Under the pieces are notes generated by a model. That model did no database searches. It had not been told where the DNA came from and saw nothing but the letters and a program-made list of their open reading frames with translations. 64,000 bases of DNA from a virus, in IMG/VR virus record IMGVR_UViG_3300044617_002200, positions 19,406 through 83,405 of that record. The stretch is one strand, 5' to 3'. The first letter of the stretch is position 1. Each line of letters opens with the position of its first letter. The translations under genes were made by a program, and so were the position numbers. Positions 20,100 through 30,487 of the stretch are shown in pieces.

Positions 20100-22018
20100 T
20101 GTCTATCAAGATTTTTTTTACTGTGAAAAAGTACGATAGCAGTTTTTATATCAACGCCGAAATTCTCAGAAATCTTATTAATTTCTTCTAAATTATGCGC
20201 TTTAATAGTTTTTGGTTCTTTGCAATATTCTTCTATTTTTGAATTCCAATTAAGAGGGTCTTCATTTATTGCAATCATTTCCGAGACATCTTTTATTATG
20301 TTTCTTTGATCTGCTGTAAGTCTTTTTTTATTAAATTGATTCTTCAGTTTAGAAGTAATATTACTTTCTAATTGATCATACGATAGTAAATTTTTTGTAA
20401 CTAAATTTGCATCAATTAAATCATTATAGGAAGAAGCCGTACCTATTTTACCAGGAGTTTTAGTTGATTGCTTTACACCGGTTGTTCCACCTGGACGACC
20501 AGCTTCCGTATTTAAATTTTGAGCTTTGTTTAATAGAGGTTGATACAAACCGTCTTCTTGAAGTTTCGTAAACTTTTTTTGAGATTCTATACTTTCTTCA
20601 GGAAGCGGAAGTCTTCCTGTATCAATAGCGGTGAGTCCTTCTTCTGGAGTCAAAACTCCAAGTTCTATCAATCTAGAATATATCCGTGTTAAATTCGAAT
20701 CACTTTTGAAGTCAGCGTCTTTGAACCTTGGCGTCGGCAAGTTTTTAAAGTTTAAATTTTTACCTATTTTTTTAATTTCTGGTATTATAAACTCATTCAA
20801 AAAGGTTTCTCTAGCGTGTTTTAAACGTGACAAAAAAACTTCAATTTTCGTTGAGGTATTAGCATACTTTTCCTCTCCAAATAAAACATTGTTCAACCCA
20901 TATCTAATGTCCCTATCAACAACTTCATATTTTTTGGGATCCAGAATCTGGCCAATTTCGGGTATAATGAACTTTATATTAGTTGTGTAATCTGTAACTA
21001 AAATTCTACCAACGCTTTCGTTTTCAAAAATTTTTCTTAAGTTTCCAATTTGGTCTTTTGTCGGCATACCAACTTCGTCATTCCCCATAGTTACTAATAA
21101 AACAGCTTGCTGTATTGTTCTGCTAATAGCCATATCCATATTTTTAAGCTCCGCTTTCCAGTTAATATCTTCTAAAACAGGAAAACCCATTGGTACACTA
21201 AAAGGTTCGTAATCTTGTTTTTTATAAAAAATTGGTATAAATTTTTCTTCATCTAAATCAAAAACCATTTGTTGATGTAAGTTGGATGTTTTAGCGTCCT
21301 TAAATTTTTTAATATCAACTATTTTTTCAGATAATTGTTTATCCTGAGGAGTACTAGGATTTAATAAAACTTGCATTTCAAAATCATTTAGTATTTTAAT
21401 ATATTTTGGAGTTATAAAAGAAGCTGACCCTACAGCCTGTATATCGGCTGGATTCAATATAACATATCTAATTGGAATTTGATTAGATTTAGCCTCGCCA
21501 ATCATTAAGTCTGAAATAACACGCATATCTTGTTTATTAAATTCAGCGCTTAATTTATATAAAAATACGTTGCCACTTCTAAAAAACTCGCGAAAAAACA
21601 TATCCTGCAGTCTCCACAAATTAATTTTGTCTGACCAGCTTGTGAAAAATTTTCTTGATTGCTCGTTTCCTCCTGTAAAATATATTGGAGAACAGCTAAA
21701 TTCAGTCATTAAATCAATAGTATTTCTAAATATTGAAAAATTATAATAAGCTTTTTGACACAAAATAATAGTGTCTTTTATACTAATGTTAGAATTGTAT
21801 TTTCCTCCTCCACTTCCATAAGTAAAAGGTATAACCCCTCCCTCTATATTTGCATACTTATCAGATCTTGATATTGAGGCGGAACGATTCCTTCTTACCG
21901 AAGAAGATTGATTAGATGTAGACGTATCTACTGACCTAGAACCCTTAACTTGAATCAAAGAATCACTCGAGGCTTGTATTACTTGCGGAACCGGGAAATT
22001 AATATTTTTTTTATTCAT
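20096..22018 (-). CDS. Portal protein
   Basis: 640 aa directly downstream of the terminase; AYYNFSIFRNTIDLMTEF, FFREFFRSGNVFLY, YKKQDYEPFSVPMGFPVL. Confidence 0.8.
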   Translation of the reverse strand: MNKKNINFPVPQVIQASSDSLIQVKGSRSVDTSTSNQSSSVRRNRSASISRSDKYANIEGGVIPFTYGSGGGKYNSNISIKDTIILCQKAYYNFSIFRNTIDLMTEFSCSPIYFTGGNEQSRKFFTSWSDKINLWRLQDMFFREFFRSGNVFLYKLSAEFNKQDMRVISDLMIGEAKSNQIPIRYVILNPADIQAVGSASFITPKYIKILNDFEMQVLLNPSTPQDKQLSEKIVDIKKFKDAKTSNLHQQMVFDLDEEKFIPIFYKKQDYEPFSVPMGFPVLEDINWKAELKNMDMAISRTIQQAVLLVTMGNDEVGMPTKDQIGNLRKIFENESVGRILVTDYTTNIKFIIPEIGQILDPKKYEVVDRDIRYGLNNVLFGEEKYANTSTKIEVFLSRLKHARETFLNEFIIPEIKKIGKNLNFKNLPTPRFKDADFKSDSNLTRIYSRLIELGVLTPEEGLTAIDTGRLPLPEESIESQKKFTKLQEDGLYQPLLNKAQNLNTEAGRPGGTTGVKQSTKTPGKIGTASSYNDLIDANLVTKNLLSYDQLESNITSKLKNQFNKKRLTADQRNIIKDVSEMIAINEDPLNWNSKIEEYCKEPKTIKAHNLEEINKISENFGVDIKTAIVLFHSKKNLDRQ

Positions 22019-22062
22019 TACAATATTATATAGATTATAATCAAATTACACCTAAATACCTA

Positions 22063-23964
22063 TTACAGAAGCTCAGCTATAAAAGTAGTATTTTTTTTAA
22101 CAAAATTTTCTGGGTCTACAATATCAAAATATATCTTTAACCCCCAATTACTTAACATCAACGTGGTATAATTATCTTTTCTTGCTCTATTTATGCTAGT
22201 AGACCTTTTAAGATGATAAGGCAAATCAAAGCTCTGAGTTCCTCTAGAAGTAGTAGTAACTTCAATGTTTGCGCATTGTTCTTTCGTATCTTTTATTATA
22301 AAGTCCTGTTCTTCTATAAATTCTCTAACAGTCAATTTTTTTGTTTCATATTCGGTGTCTGCTTTATCTCCTATACCTCTAGGACAAATATCTGACATCG
22401 GTAAGTTCATTGAAAAAACATTTTCTAAAATGTCGGGGTGACAGCTAGCACGAGATGCAAACCATATTTTTTTATGGTCTATACATGTTTGAAGATAAGA
22501 GTTTGCTCTAGATAAAAAAGCAGAAGTAAAATATTGTTTCACACATATTGAACCAAAGTCTCTGTTATATTGAGACGCGCAATTTTTTACCATTTTTACG
22601 TAATCTTCATTTTCTTTATCTGAATCAAAATCTATAAAACCTATTTTTTTATTAATTTTTTTAAAAAATTCTGAATTATTTACTGCATCTATAAAAGTGT
22701 CTGCTCCGGCATGATCAATAATAACTAACGCTATATTAAAATGTTTATATAAATAATAAAAATATTTAATATGATCTTGCAATGAAGCTCCCGCTACTTG
22801 GTAACCATGAACTACGACTCCTTGTTTTTTTTCCTCATCTATTTCAACAACACTCATCGCAAAATAATCTGCTGTTTTAGAAGCAGAAAAATTAGGGTCT
22901 ATTCCTAAAATATATTTTTTGTCACTATCACCGACTATTTTCGTTGTAGGGTATTCTCCATCTGGTATAGTACACAAATGCATTTTTTGAGGAGAAAAAT
23001 AACTATCCCCACCATCAATGAATCTAGCGCAATATTCTCTTAAAAATGAATGATGAGAACTTCCCCCGCTTTTAGCTACTTGAATTGCAGCTTGGTCTAC
23101 CATATGAGAAGGTAAGGCCTCGTAACTCAATTGTGAAATAAAATAAGTTCCCGGCAATTCTCCATCTTTAGCTGTTTGAACGTCAGGATTTTCAATTAAA
23201 TGCGACCATTTTTGATAAACATTAAATAAATGCTCGAAAGTATAACTAGCGGAACTCAAAGCTAACATTTGAGAAGTGTTTTCAAAAATTTGACGATTAT
23301 CAGGATGTAGTAATCCTTTTTGAATTAATTCCTCTTCAAGTCTTCTAATTCGGATTCTTTCTCCAACATCACGAGGGGAACTTAAAAATGGAATCAATAC
23401 ATTATCAATAATATCTGCTGGTAATAATAAAAACTCATCCAGAATCAGAACATTAGCTCTGATACCTCTAATTTTTTCTCCAGTCAATGGAATTGCTGTT
23501 ATGCTACCCCCATTTATCTGCCATTCATATTGATCATTCCTCTTACTTTTTAAACCAAAACATTGCATAGCTAACCGGGCGACAGATGAACTCAAGAATT
23601 TTTCTATTTCATTAAAAACTCTACGGCTAGTTCTAAAATTTACAGAAGCTATTAATATTTTAGTTCCTGGTTCAAATATACATTTCAATATGCAATAAAT
23701 GGCCGCACAAAAACTTTTAGCGCACCCTCTTCCCCATATCAGCATACAATAATTCTTATTAAAAAAAGAATTAAGAGTTAGTTCTTGATATGATTCTAAC
23801 GTCAAACCTAATATTAAATCAGTCGTAAAGCCTAGATTATATCTCAAAAACTTCGCTAAAGAAATTCGAGCGTCCATATCAGAAAGCTCTCCTTTAAGAG
23901 ACAGGAGTTCTTTATTTACATTCTTTATATTTTTTTTATTTTGATTACCTATTATTAAACTCAT
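22063..23964 (-). CDS. terL: Terminase large subunit
   Basis: Walker A WGRGCAKS, Walker B LILDEF, coupling motif LSSA, RNase H-like ILGIDP...DYF...KDNYTT. Confidence 0.9.
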   Translation of the reverse strand: MSLIIGNQNKKNIKNVNKELLSLKGELSDMDARISLAKFLRYNLGFTTDLILGLTLESYQELTLNSFFNKNYCMLIWGRGCAKSFCAAIYCILKCIFEPGTKILIASVNFRTSRRVFNEIEKFLSSSVARLAMQCFGLKSKRNDQYEWQINGGSITAIPLTGEKIRGIRANVLILDEFLLLPADIIDNVLIPFLSSPRDVGERIRIRRLEEELIQKGLLHPDNRQIFENTSQMLALSSASYTFEHLFNVYQKWSHLIENPDVQTAKDGELPGTYFISQLSYEALPSHMVDQAAIQVAKSGGSSHHSFLREYCARFIDGGDSYFSPQKMHLCTIPDGEYPTTKIVGDSDKKYILGIDPNFSASKTADYFAMSVVEIDEEKKQGVVVHGYQVAGASLQDHIKYFYYLYKHFNIALVIIDHAGADTFIDAVNNSEFFKKINKKIGFIDFDSDKENEDYVKMVKNCASQYNRDFGSICVKQYFTSAFLSRANSYLQTCIDHKKIWFASRASCHPDILENVFSMNLPMSDICPRGIGDKADTEYETKKLTVREFIEEQDFIIKDTKEQCANIEVTTTSRGTQSFDLPYHLKRSTSINRARKDNYTTLMLSNWGLKIYFDIVDPENFVKKNTTFIAELL

Positions 23965-24898
23965 ATTTATTAAAGTAATATTGTAAATCTAAATTTTTAA
24001 GCTTATCTTTTTCAAGACTTAATATCTTCAAGGAATATTTAGTAGCCTCTTCTTTATTTTTGGCAAAAACAAATTGAAGATTATTAAAATCTTTATTTAA
24101 AACTCTCATTCGGTGAGCTATAAACTCACCTGAAGCTTTTCCAAAAAAATTTTTTTTGTATAATATGTCGTTTAAAGTTGACTCAACAACTACTATTAAA
24201 TACCCATCTAAATCCAAACTTCTTTTTATTTCGTTTTGAAAGCGTATAAAACCTTTACTTAAAGTATTTATAAAATCTGACGCGCTTTTTCTTTCTATTG
24301 AAACCGAAGGATCTTCCAAAGAAGCGTAATCTCCAAATTCTAACTTTTTATTTGTAACATTTACGCAACTGTCAAAAACAAAAGGCTTTTGCTCTCTAGT
24401 ATCGACAATTAAGTTAGAAACTTTATTAAATTTTAAACTTTTTAAAAATTTTTCATTATATTTAAATAATGATTTTAAACTTAAAATTTCACAAATTTCG
24501 TCGAAGTTCATATTAATAGACTCTTCGATATAAGAAATTGGTAATAAACAATTAACAGTGCTAATAATAGCTTCCGGCAACGCATTTTCTATATTTTTTA
24601 ATAATATATAATTTTTATATTTATTAAATATATAATCGCGCCTTTCTTCTACAGATTTAGACTTCAACCATAATTTTAAATTTTTTCTATTATTAAAATC
24701 GCTTAACAAGTATTGTTCTAATGATTTAAATTTTATAGCGCTTTTATCATAAAAGTCAAATTTTTTTTCGTATTTATTTATATAATCTTTTAAAGAAATA
24801 TTATGTTTAGATTTTAAATAATTTATAAAAGTTTTTACTTCTACCTCTTTATTATCAATCTTACAATAGATTTTATAATTATCCATAGACCATTTCAT
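23945..24898 (-). CDS. ERCC4/XPF-family nuclease
   Basis: VDTREQKP...GDY...SIERKS motif. Confidence 0.85.
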   Translation of the reverse strand: MKWSMDNYKIYCKIDNKEVEVKTFINYLKSKHNISLKDYINKYEKKFDFYDKSAIKFKSLEQYLLSDFNNRKNLKLWLKSKSVEERRDYIFNKYKNYILLKNIENALPEAIISTVNCLLPISYIEESINMNFDEICEILSLKSLFKYNEKFLKSLKFNKVSNLIVDTREQKPFVFDSCVNVTNKKLEFGDYASLEDPSVSIERKSASDFINTLSKGFIRFQNEIKRSLDLDGYLIVVVESTLNDILYKKNFFGKASGEFIAHRMRVLNKDFNNLQFVFAKNKEEATKYSLKILSLEKDKLKNLDLQYYFNKYEFNNR

Positions 24899-25973
24899 CT
24901 ATATCAATACCTTTTATTATAGCTTTTAATTCATCCATCGATGACAGACGCTTCGCTTCCTGTTCTAAATTTTGCTTCTGGGCCTCTGCTAAATTAATAA
25001 TAGATTTTCTTTTTTCTTCGTCTTTCCAAGCTTGAACCAAATTTAGAATACTCGCATTTTCTTCTTTTCGTTCTTGTAATTTTTTAGACCTATCATCCAC
25101 TAGAGATTTATAAAGTTTATTTTGTCTTCCGCGACATTGATTATATTCTGTCTGAAGATTATTAATAGCTTCATTTAACTGCATTTTTATGTTTCTACCC
25201 TCGTCTTCTTCAGAAGACTGCCTTAACATCTGCCTAAGTTCTTCAACTTGTTGTAAAATAGTAGAAGCAGTGACCACTTCTGTACATAATGTAATAAATT
25301 GATCTAATTCTTCTTGAGAAAGATCTTCTTTATTATAAGTATAACGAATAAAAGCGTCCTCAAACAACTTTCTATCATCTTCTCTTTTGTAGGTATTTAT
25401 TTGATAACAAAAACTAAAAGTATTCAAATATCTTTGAAGAGACTCTGCTTGTTTTAACTGTATTGCTTTTAATTCTAAAGTCCAATTTAAATTTAAGTAT
25501 CTATTAATTCTGGCTACAGTTTGGTCTAATCTTCTAGGTGGGAAATATTCAGTTATTATATTGTCGTTATCTTGTTTTTCTTCAGGGATATAATCAATTT
25601 GTTCAAAAGAATTTTCTTCTTTACTTTTTAATAAATTTATATATTTACTAACCTCTTTAGATTCTAAACTCAAATGTGTTAATTCTTTTTTAAAAATTAA
25701 TTTAGCGATATCTAAATAGTGCTGATCTTTAAAATTATTTTTTATAAACTCTTTTTGATCTTCTGTTAAAGAAATTCTTTCCCTTTGATAAACGGAACGA
25801 CTTTTATATTCAATATTGTTATCGATTATGAATTTTTTAATTTCCCTGCCCTGTTTGCTTCTCGTGTCTATATTTTTATTTTCATAAACAAAAGCTGTAA
25901 TCTCTGTAAGAGTCGCTTCTGGGTTCTTATTTAGTATTTCATAAATACGACTTTTATGATTTTCATTTAACAT
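24879..25973 (-). CDS. Hypothetical protein (N-terminal HTH-like region, C-terminal coiled coil); possible terminase small subunit
   Basis: 364 aa, upstream of ERCC4 and terL. Confidence 0.4.
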   Translation of the reverse strand: MLNENHKSRIYEILNKNPEATLTEITAFVYENKNIDTRSKQGREIKKFIIDNNIEYKSRSVYQRERISLTEDQKEFIKNNFKDQHYLDIAKLIFKKELTHLSLESKEVSKYINLLKSKEENSFEQIDYIPEEKQDNDNIITEYFPPRRLDQTVARINRYLNLNWTLELKAIQLKQAESLQRYLNTFSFCYQINTYKREDDRKLFEDAFIRYTYNKEDLSQEELDQFITLCTEVVTASTILQQVEELRQMLRQSSEEDEGRNIKMQLNEAINNLQTEYNQCRGRQNKLYKSLVDDRSKKLQERKEENASILNLVQAWKDEEKRKSIINLAEAQKQNLEQEAKRLSSMDELKAIIKGIDIDEMVYG

Positions 25974-25975
25974 AA

Positions 25976-26677
25976 TCAGATAACTTCTTTAACTAAAATC
26001 CTAGCTTTTTGTAAAATTCTAGATTTTATTTTACCTATCTGCCTATAAGCTGGGCGTCCTTCTTTTAAACTCAATTTATAGCCCATCTTACTTGCGACTT
26101 CATTTTCTTCTAAATTTTGCAAGAATAATAAGTCGTAAACTTTCCATTCTATTACTGTTAAATTTTTTTTCATTAATTCATGAAAATGAGGTAAAACCTT
26201 GTCTATATCAAAAAAAGATACAGACTCTTGTATCGAGTGCTCTAATGTTATTTCTGGAATATCTGAAATCGGAGTATGGATGCTTATTGGAAATTTTATA
26301 TCATAAGCGGGTTTTTTATTTTTTTCCCATTTTGAATAATCTTTGCATTGACTATTTTGCAATCCATATACAGCGCAATTATTTTCGCCCATGTTAAATT
26401 TGCATTTAAGGCACGGTCTAGAAAAATTTGAATAATAATTACGAATCATATTTGTCATCTGATGATTAATTACTTGGTTAAGCCAAGGTCTAAGGGGTCT
26501 AGACGCGTCCCATTTAACCCATTTTTTATAAATATGTAATTTTAGTTTTTGAGAAACATCTTCAAAATCCATCCAAGATATAGCTGTTAAGTGCCATCGA
26601 TGTTTTCTTTTTTGTATTTCTGAGTCAATTATTTCTATACTTTCTTCAAAAGAGGGTCTTAAAATTTTTTTTCTCAT
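25976..26677 (-). CDS. Phage RNA polymerase sigma factor (sigma70-like, regions 2 and 4)
   Basis: MDFEDVSQ...WDASRPLRPWLNQVINHQMTNMIR (region 2) and LTVIEWKVYDLLF...EEVASKMG-like HTH (region 4); Cys insertion between them. Confidence 0.75.
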   Translation of the reverse strand: MRKKILRPSFEESIEIIDSEIQKRKHRWHLTAISWMDFEDVSQKLKLHIYKKWVKWDASRPLRPWLNQVINHQMTNMIRNYYSNFSRPCLKCKFNMGENNCAVYGLQNSQCKDYSKWEKNKKPAYDIKFPISIHTPISDIPEITLEHSIQESVSFFDIDKVLPHFHELMKKNLTVIEWKVYDLLFLQNLEENEVASKMGYKLSLKEGRPAYRQIGKIKSRILQKARILVKEVI

Positions 26678-26680
26678 GTT

Positions 26681-27100
26681 TCATTTATTTCTAGAACAAC
26701 CGGCTTCATTTTTGAAAGCTTCTAAAATTTCGTTAGAAGACCTTGGTGAATCACTTATATATTGTTCGGTTTTAATTTTAATTGAATCAGTTCCCTCATT
26801 ATTTTCATCAAAATAATCTGAATTTTCATTAGCATTGATTAAATCTCCTAAAGTATGATTTGATTTACTTATATCTGCTTGAAAAGTAAAAGACGGTTTT
26901 ACACGTTTAAAATTTACAAATTGAGAAACTTCTATCGAATCTTCTTTATAAAGATTATCTTTATAAGCTAAAGTATTAGGTAAAACTGGTTTATTTTTTT
27001 CTAAAACTGAAGAAAAAATTGTTTTACAAAAACTACACACATCAGGCCTTTTTGAGAAAAAAGTATTACCTTTACCGCATTTATAGCAATAATATTTCAT
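26681..27100 (-). CDS. Zinc-ribbon protein
   Basis: CYKCG...CSFC at the N-terminus. Confidence 0.65.
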   Translation of the reverse strand: MKYYCYKCGKGNTFFSKRPDVCSFCKTIFSSVLEKNKPVLPNTLAYKDNLYKEDSIEVSQFVNFKRVKPSFTFQADISKSNHTLGDLINANENSDYFDENNEGTDSIKIKTEQYISDSPRSSNEILEAFKNEAGCSRNK

Positions 27101-27171
27101 TATATTAATTATAATGTGTACACTTTACTTTAACAAAATTTTTCTTTCTATAAAAAGTGTAATTAATAAAC

Positions 27172-27774
27172 ATGAAAGATTTTTTAAAATCTGATTTATA
27201 TCAATATATATTAAACGATATCGAAGACTACGATGGGAAAATTGTTTTTTGTAAAGGCAAGTATTGCGGAGGAGATAATCAGTGCGCAGGTATTTTCTAT
27301 ATTGATTCAAAAGACCAACCAGTTTTAAAAGTAGCTACAAAAACAACCCTTCCAGAAGAGTGGATCGGAGCTTTAATACATGAATATTGTCATTTCATAC
27401 AATGGAGAGATGATTGTAAAGAATGGAGAGATTTTGAATTAAAAGGTCTAGCTTTCTCAGAAATAATACAAACGCCGAAAAAATATAAAAAAGAATTATT
27501 AGTTTTGTTAAATCTAGAATTAGATTGCGAAAAAAAAGTTGTATCTATACTAGGGAAAAAAAATCTCTTTTTGGATAAAAAAAAATATGTTCAAACAGCA
27601 AACGCAATTCTTTATAAATATGGATTCCTTTATAAGGAAGGCAAGTGGCCAATAATAAACAAAAATAGATTTGAAAAAATTACCGAGCTTTGTAATACAA
27701 AATTATTTTCAGATCCACTCCAATACACAGATCTGCCGATAAAAATAAAAGATTTTTTTAAAAATAAAAGTTAA
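27172..27774 (+). CDS. HEXXH zinc metallopeptidase-like protein (IrrE/ImmA-like)
   Basis: LIHEYCHFIQW with downstream ELDCE. Confidence 0.65.
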   Translation: MKDFLKSDLYQYILNDIEDYDGKIVFCKGKYCGGDNQCAGIFYIDSKDQPVLKVATKTTLPEEWIGALIHEYCHFIQWRDDCKEWRDFELKGLAFSEIIQTPKKYKKELLVLLNLELDCEKKVVSILGKKNLFLDKKKYVQTANAILYKYGFLYKEGKWPIINKNRFEKITELCNTKLFSDPLQYTDLPIKIKDFFKNKS

Positions 27775-28505
27775 TTAATTTTTAATTTCTCAAATTCATC
27801 AATAATAAAGCTTAATATTTCAGATCTAACTATATCTGTTTTGTCAAATTCAAAAGTGTAAATACCATTTTTTTTAGCTTCTTCTGTATTAAATAAAGAG
27901 AATATTTTTTCAAATCCACTATTTTTAATATCGGATTGCTTAACATCACCACAAATAAATAAATTAGAAAATTTAGCCATGCGTGTCATAACTAATAAAA
28001 AATCTTCCACACGGCAATTTTGAGCTTCATCCAGAATAAAACAGGCATTTGATATATTAAGACCTCTTAAAAACCCCAAAGGAACTCCTATAATTCTATT
28101 ATCTGACATTAAAGATTTAATTTGATTTTCTGGTATTAATTCATTTAATTTATCAGTTAAAGGCTGGAGATAAGGATTCATTTTTTCCTCCGTAGATCCT
28201 TTTATATATCCGATACCATGGACAGAAGATTCAACGGGAACACGACTATAATAAATTTCGCTAATTTTTTTATTTTTTATCTTATTTAATGCCGTATAAA
28301 CAGATAATAAAGTTTTTGCAGTTCCAGCGACGCCCTTCACTATAAGAATCTTAACGTCTTTTTTTTCAGCTAGCTCCAAAAATATTTTTTGTTTTTCTGT
28401 CCAAGGTAGTTCTTTTATTTTTAAATCTACAGAGTAAAATTTGTTTCTTTTTTTTTCTGTATATGGAGAAGTATCTTTTTGATTTTCTTTAGTTTCTTTT
28501 TTCAT
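27771..28505 (-). CDS. phoH: PhoH-family ATPase
   Basis: GVAGTAKT, IGYIKG, FLRGL, ILDEAQN, CGDVKQSD, DIVRS. Confidence 0.92.
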   Translation of the reverse strand: MKKETKENQKDTSPYTEKKRNKFYSVDLKIKELPWTEKQKIFLELAEKKDVKILIVKGVAGTAKTLLSVYTALNKIKNKKISEIYYSRVPVESSVHGIGYIKGSTEEKMNPYLQPLTDKLNELIPENQIKSLMSDNRIIGVPLGFLRGLNISNACFILDEAQNCRVEDFLLVMTRMAKFSNLFICGDVKQSDIKNSGFEKIFSLFNTEEAKKNGIYTFEFDKTDIVRSEILSFIIDEFEKLKIN

Positions 28506-28577
28506 GCAAACTATAAATATAATTACACTGGTATTTTTTATTGAACATATTTAGTATTAAATAGTCTAATAGAGTCT

Positions 28578-28994
28578 ATGAATATAAATACTACACTTAT
28601 TCCTAAATCTTATATCAGCGGTAATAATTCTTGGGACATTATAGATAGGTTAACAAATGCCTTCCCAAAATGGGATTCAATGTTTGATTTAATAGCTAGC
28701 CCTACCTATAGTTTTTCAGAAGCTTTCGGTTTTACCGAAAATCCAAAAATAAAAAATCAATTTAATTTAGAAATCGAAATACCTCGATTTAGAAAAGAAA
28801 ATATCAAAATAACAACAGAAAATAATAAACTTTTTATAAATGCTGAACAAGATGGGCTTAAATTTTATCACTCTATTAATATCCCAGATCATTTAGATCA
28901 AGAGTCTATTGAAGCAGAATTAGATCATGGTGTTTTGACTATAAAAGCAGACAAAATTCAAAAATTCAGAAGTAAAAAAGTCAATATTAAATAA
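28578..28994 (+). CDS. Small heat shock protein (Hsp20)
   Basis: EIPRFRKENIKIT...IEAELDHGVLTI alpha-crystallin motif. Confidence 0.85.
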   Translation: MNINTTLIPKSYISGNNSWDIIDRLTNAFPKWDSMFDLIASPTYSFSEAFGFTENPKIKNQFNLEIEIPRFRKENIKITTENNKLFINAEQDGLKFYHSINIPDHLDQESIEAELDHGVLTIKADKIQKFRSKKVNIK

Positions 28995-29012
28995 GTAAAA
29001 AAATAAATTAAT

Positions 29013-29053
29013 AAAAAAACGCGCTTATCCTTAATAGAGGTAAGCGCGTTTTT
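29013..29053. terminator. Bidirectional terminator between convergent hsp20 and phoD
   Basis: aaaaacgcgctta...taagcgcgttttt hairpin with A/T tracts on both sides. Confidence 0.8.
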
Positions 29054-30482
29054 ACTTATATAAAAATGACAGAGGGTTAACAAATAAATTTTGTTTATTA
29101 TGACAAACGTTTATAAAAGATACAATACTACCACATAAAATTTGCTGATCAGCACCTTCTGAAGAACCCGAGGAACTTGACGAACTTGACGAACTTGACG
29201 AACTTGACGAACTTGACGATATAGGAATACCAGCAATTAAATCAAAACTAACATCTATTGCAATAGATTCTGTAAAATCTATTTTACTAACAACTATACC
29301 TTTAAAATTAATATTTATACTAGTATTGCCCGTATCGTTTATTTCTATTACGCCATATTGTGTAACCCATCCAGTTCCAGAATCATTTGTTATCGGACCT
29401 AATGTGTATGGACCACCTTTAGGGCGAGCTTGTTGATCTAAAGCTGCGGCATGACATACTTTTAAAGAACCATAATTGTTAATACTAGATCCATCATCAA
29501 AAGCCAGAGCATGCATGTCTCCTGATAAAATAACTATTCTATCACGTAAATTATTTTGATTGATGAAATCTACTATCTCTAGCCTCGCTGCATGATATCC
29601 ACCCCAATCATCTTTCCCGTCTCCTGTTGAAGAAATCCAAGGCTTGGTATTTACCCAAACAATTATTTGAGAATTATTTTTAGCCGCCAGCATTTCTGAA
29701 AAAAACCAAGATTTTTGATCTGGAGATAATACTTGCTGTCGAGAATCTGTAGATGGATAGGTACCTTTTTCTTCACGTTCACTTCTAATATCTGTAACTA
29801 TAAACCTTGCACGACCTCTAACAAAACTATAATATGGGGAATCTGTATTTCCATTCTTAGCTAGTATCGATGAATATGGAACCCTTCGTCTATATGCAGC
29901 TATAGCTGCATTTCGTGAAGGATTTAATTTACTGCCATCATTGGGACCATAATCATGATCATCCCACATATAATACATTGGGAGATTTTTCCAACAATTA
30001 TTTTGACGAGGAGCATTAAATACCCCGTCATAAGATTGATGAAAAAGGGCTTCATTATTTGTACTTATATCGCTATAATGCATGTCCCCCAAATGCAAAA
30101 ATAAATCAATTTCATTATTAATAGCTTTTTGGGCTATTCTATCGTATATAATTTGATTTGAAGCGGTTACCCCCGGACCTGGGACAGAAGAAGAAAAAGA
30201 ACACGAAGCAAATCCTAATTTAAAACTATAAACACCACTCACCGGGGTTTTAAAACTTCCTACATAATTATCGATAGGCACTCCATTACTATAACAAATT
30301 CTAACATAATATTTAGTATTTGGTAATAAGTTTGAAATTTGAAATTTAGCTAAATTAAAATTATCAACTGACGCAGCAGAACTCGTTAAATTTATTATTG
30401 AAAAATTATTAAAAATAGAGCATTGGGCAATATAAAAATTATCACTTGCATTTAAAATTTTAGCCGTAATATTTATTGTCAT
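29052..30482 (-). CDS. phoD: PhoD-like alkaline phosphatase with FN3-like N-terminus and poly-Ser tail
   Basis: FASCS, HLGDMHY, WDDHDY, DIRSER, LSGDMH motifs; LLPNTKYY in the N-terminal domain. Confidence 0.85.
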   Translation of the reverse strand: MTINITAKILNASDNFYIAQCSIFNNFSIINLTSSAASVDNFNLAKFQISNLLPNTKYYVRICYSNGVPIDNYVGSFKTPVSGVYSFKLGFASCSFSSSVPGPGVTASNQIIYDRIAQKAINNEIDLFLHLGDMHYSDISTNNEALFHQSYDGVFNAPRQNNCWKNLPMYYMWDDHDYGPNDGSKLNPSRNAAIAAYRRRVPYSSILAKNGNTDSPYYSFVRGRARFIVTDIRSEREEKGTYPSTDSRQQVLSPDQKSWFFSEMLAAKNNSQIIVWVNTKPWISSTGDGKDDWGGYHAARLEIVDFINQNNLRDRIVILSGDMHALAFDDGSSINNYGSLKVCHAAALDQQARPKGGPYTLGPITNDSGTGWVTQYGVIEINDTGNTSININFKGIVVSKIDFTESIAIDVSFDLIAGIPISSSSSSSSSSSSSSSSSGSSEGADQQILCGSIVSFINVCHNKQNLFVNPLSFLYK

Positions 30483-30487
30483 AAGAT

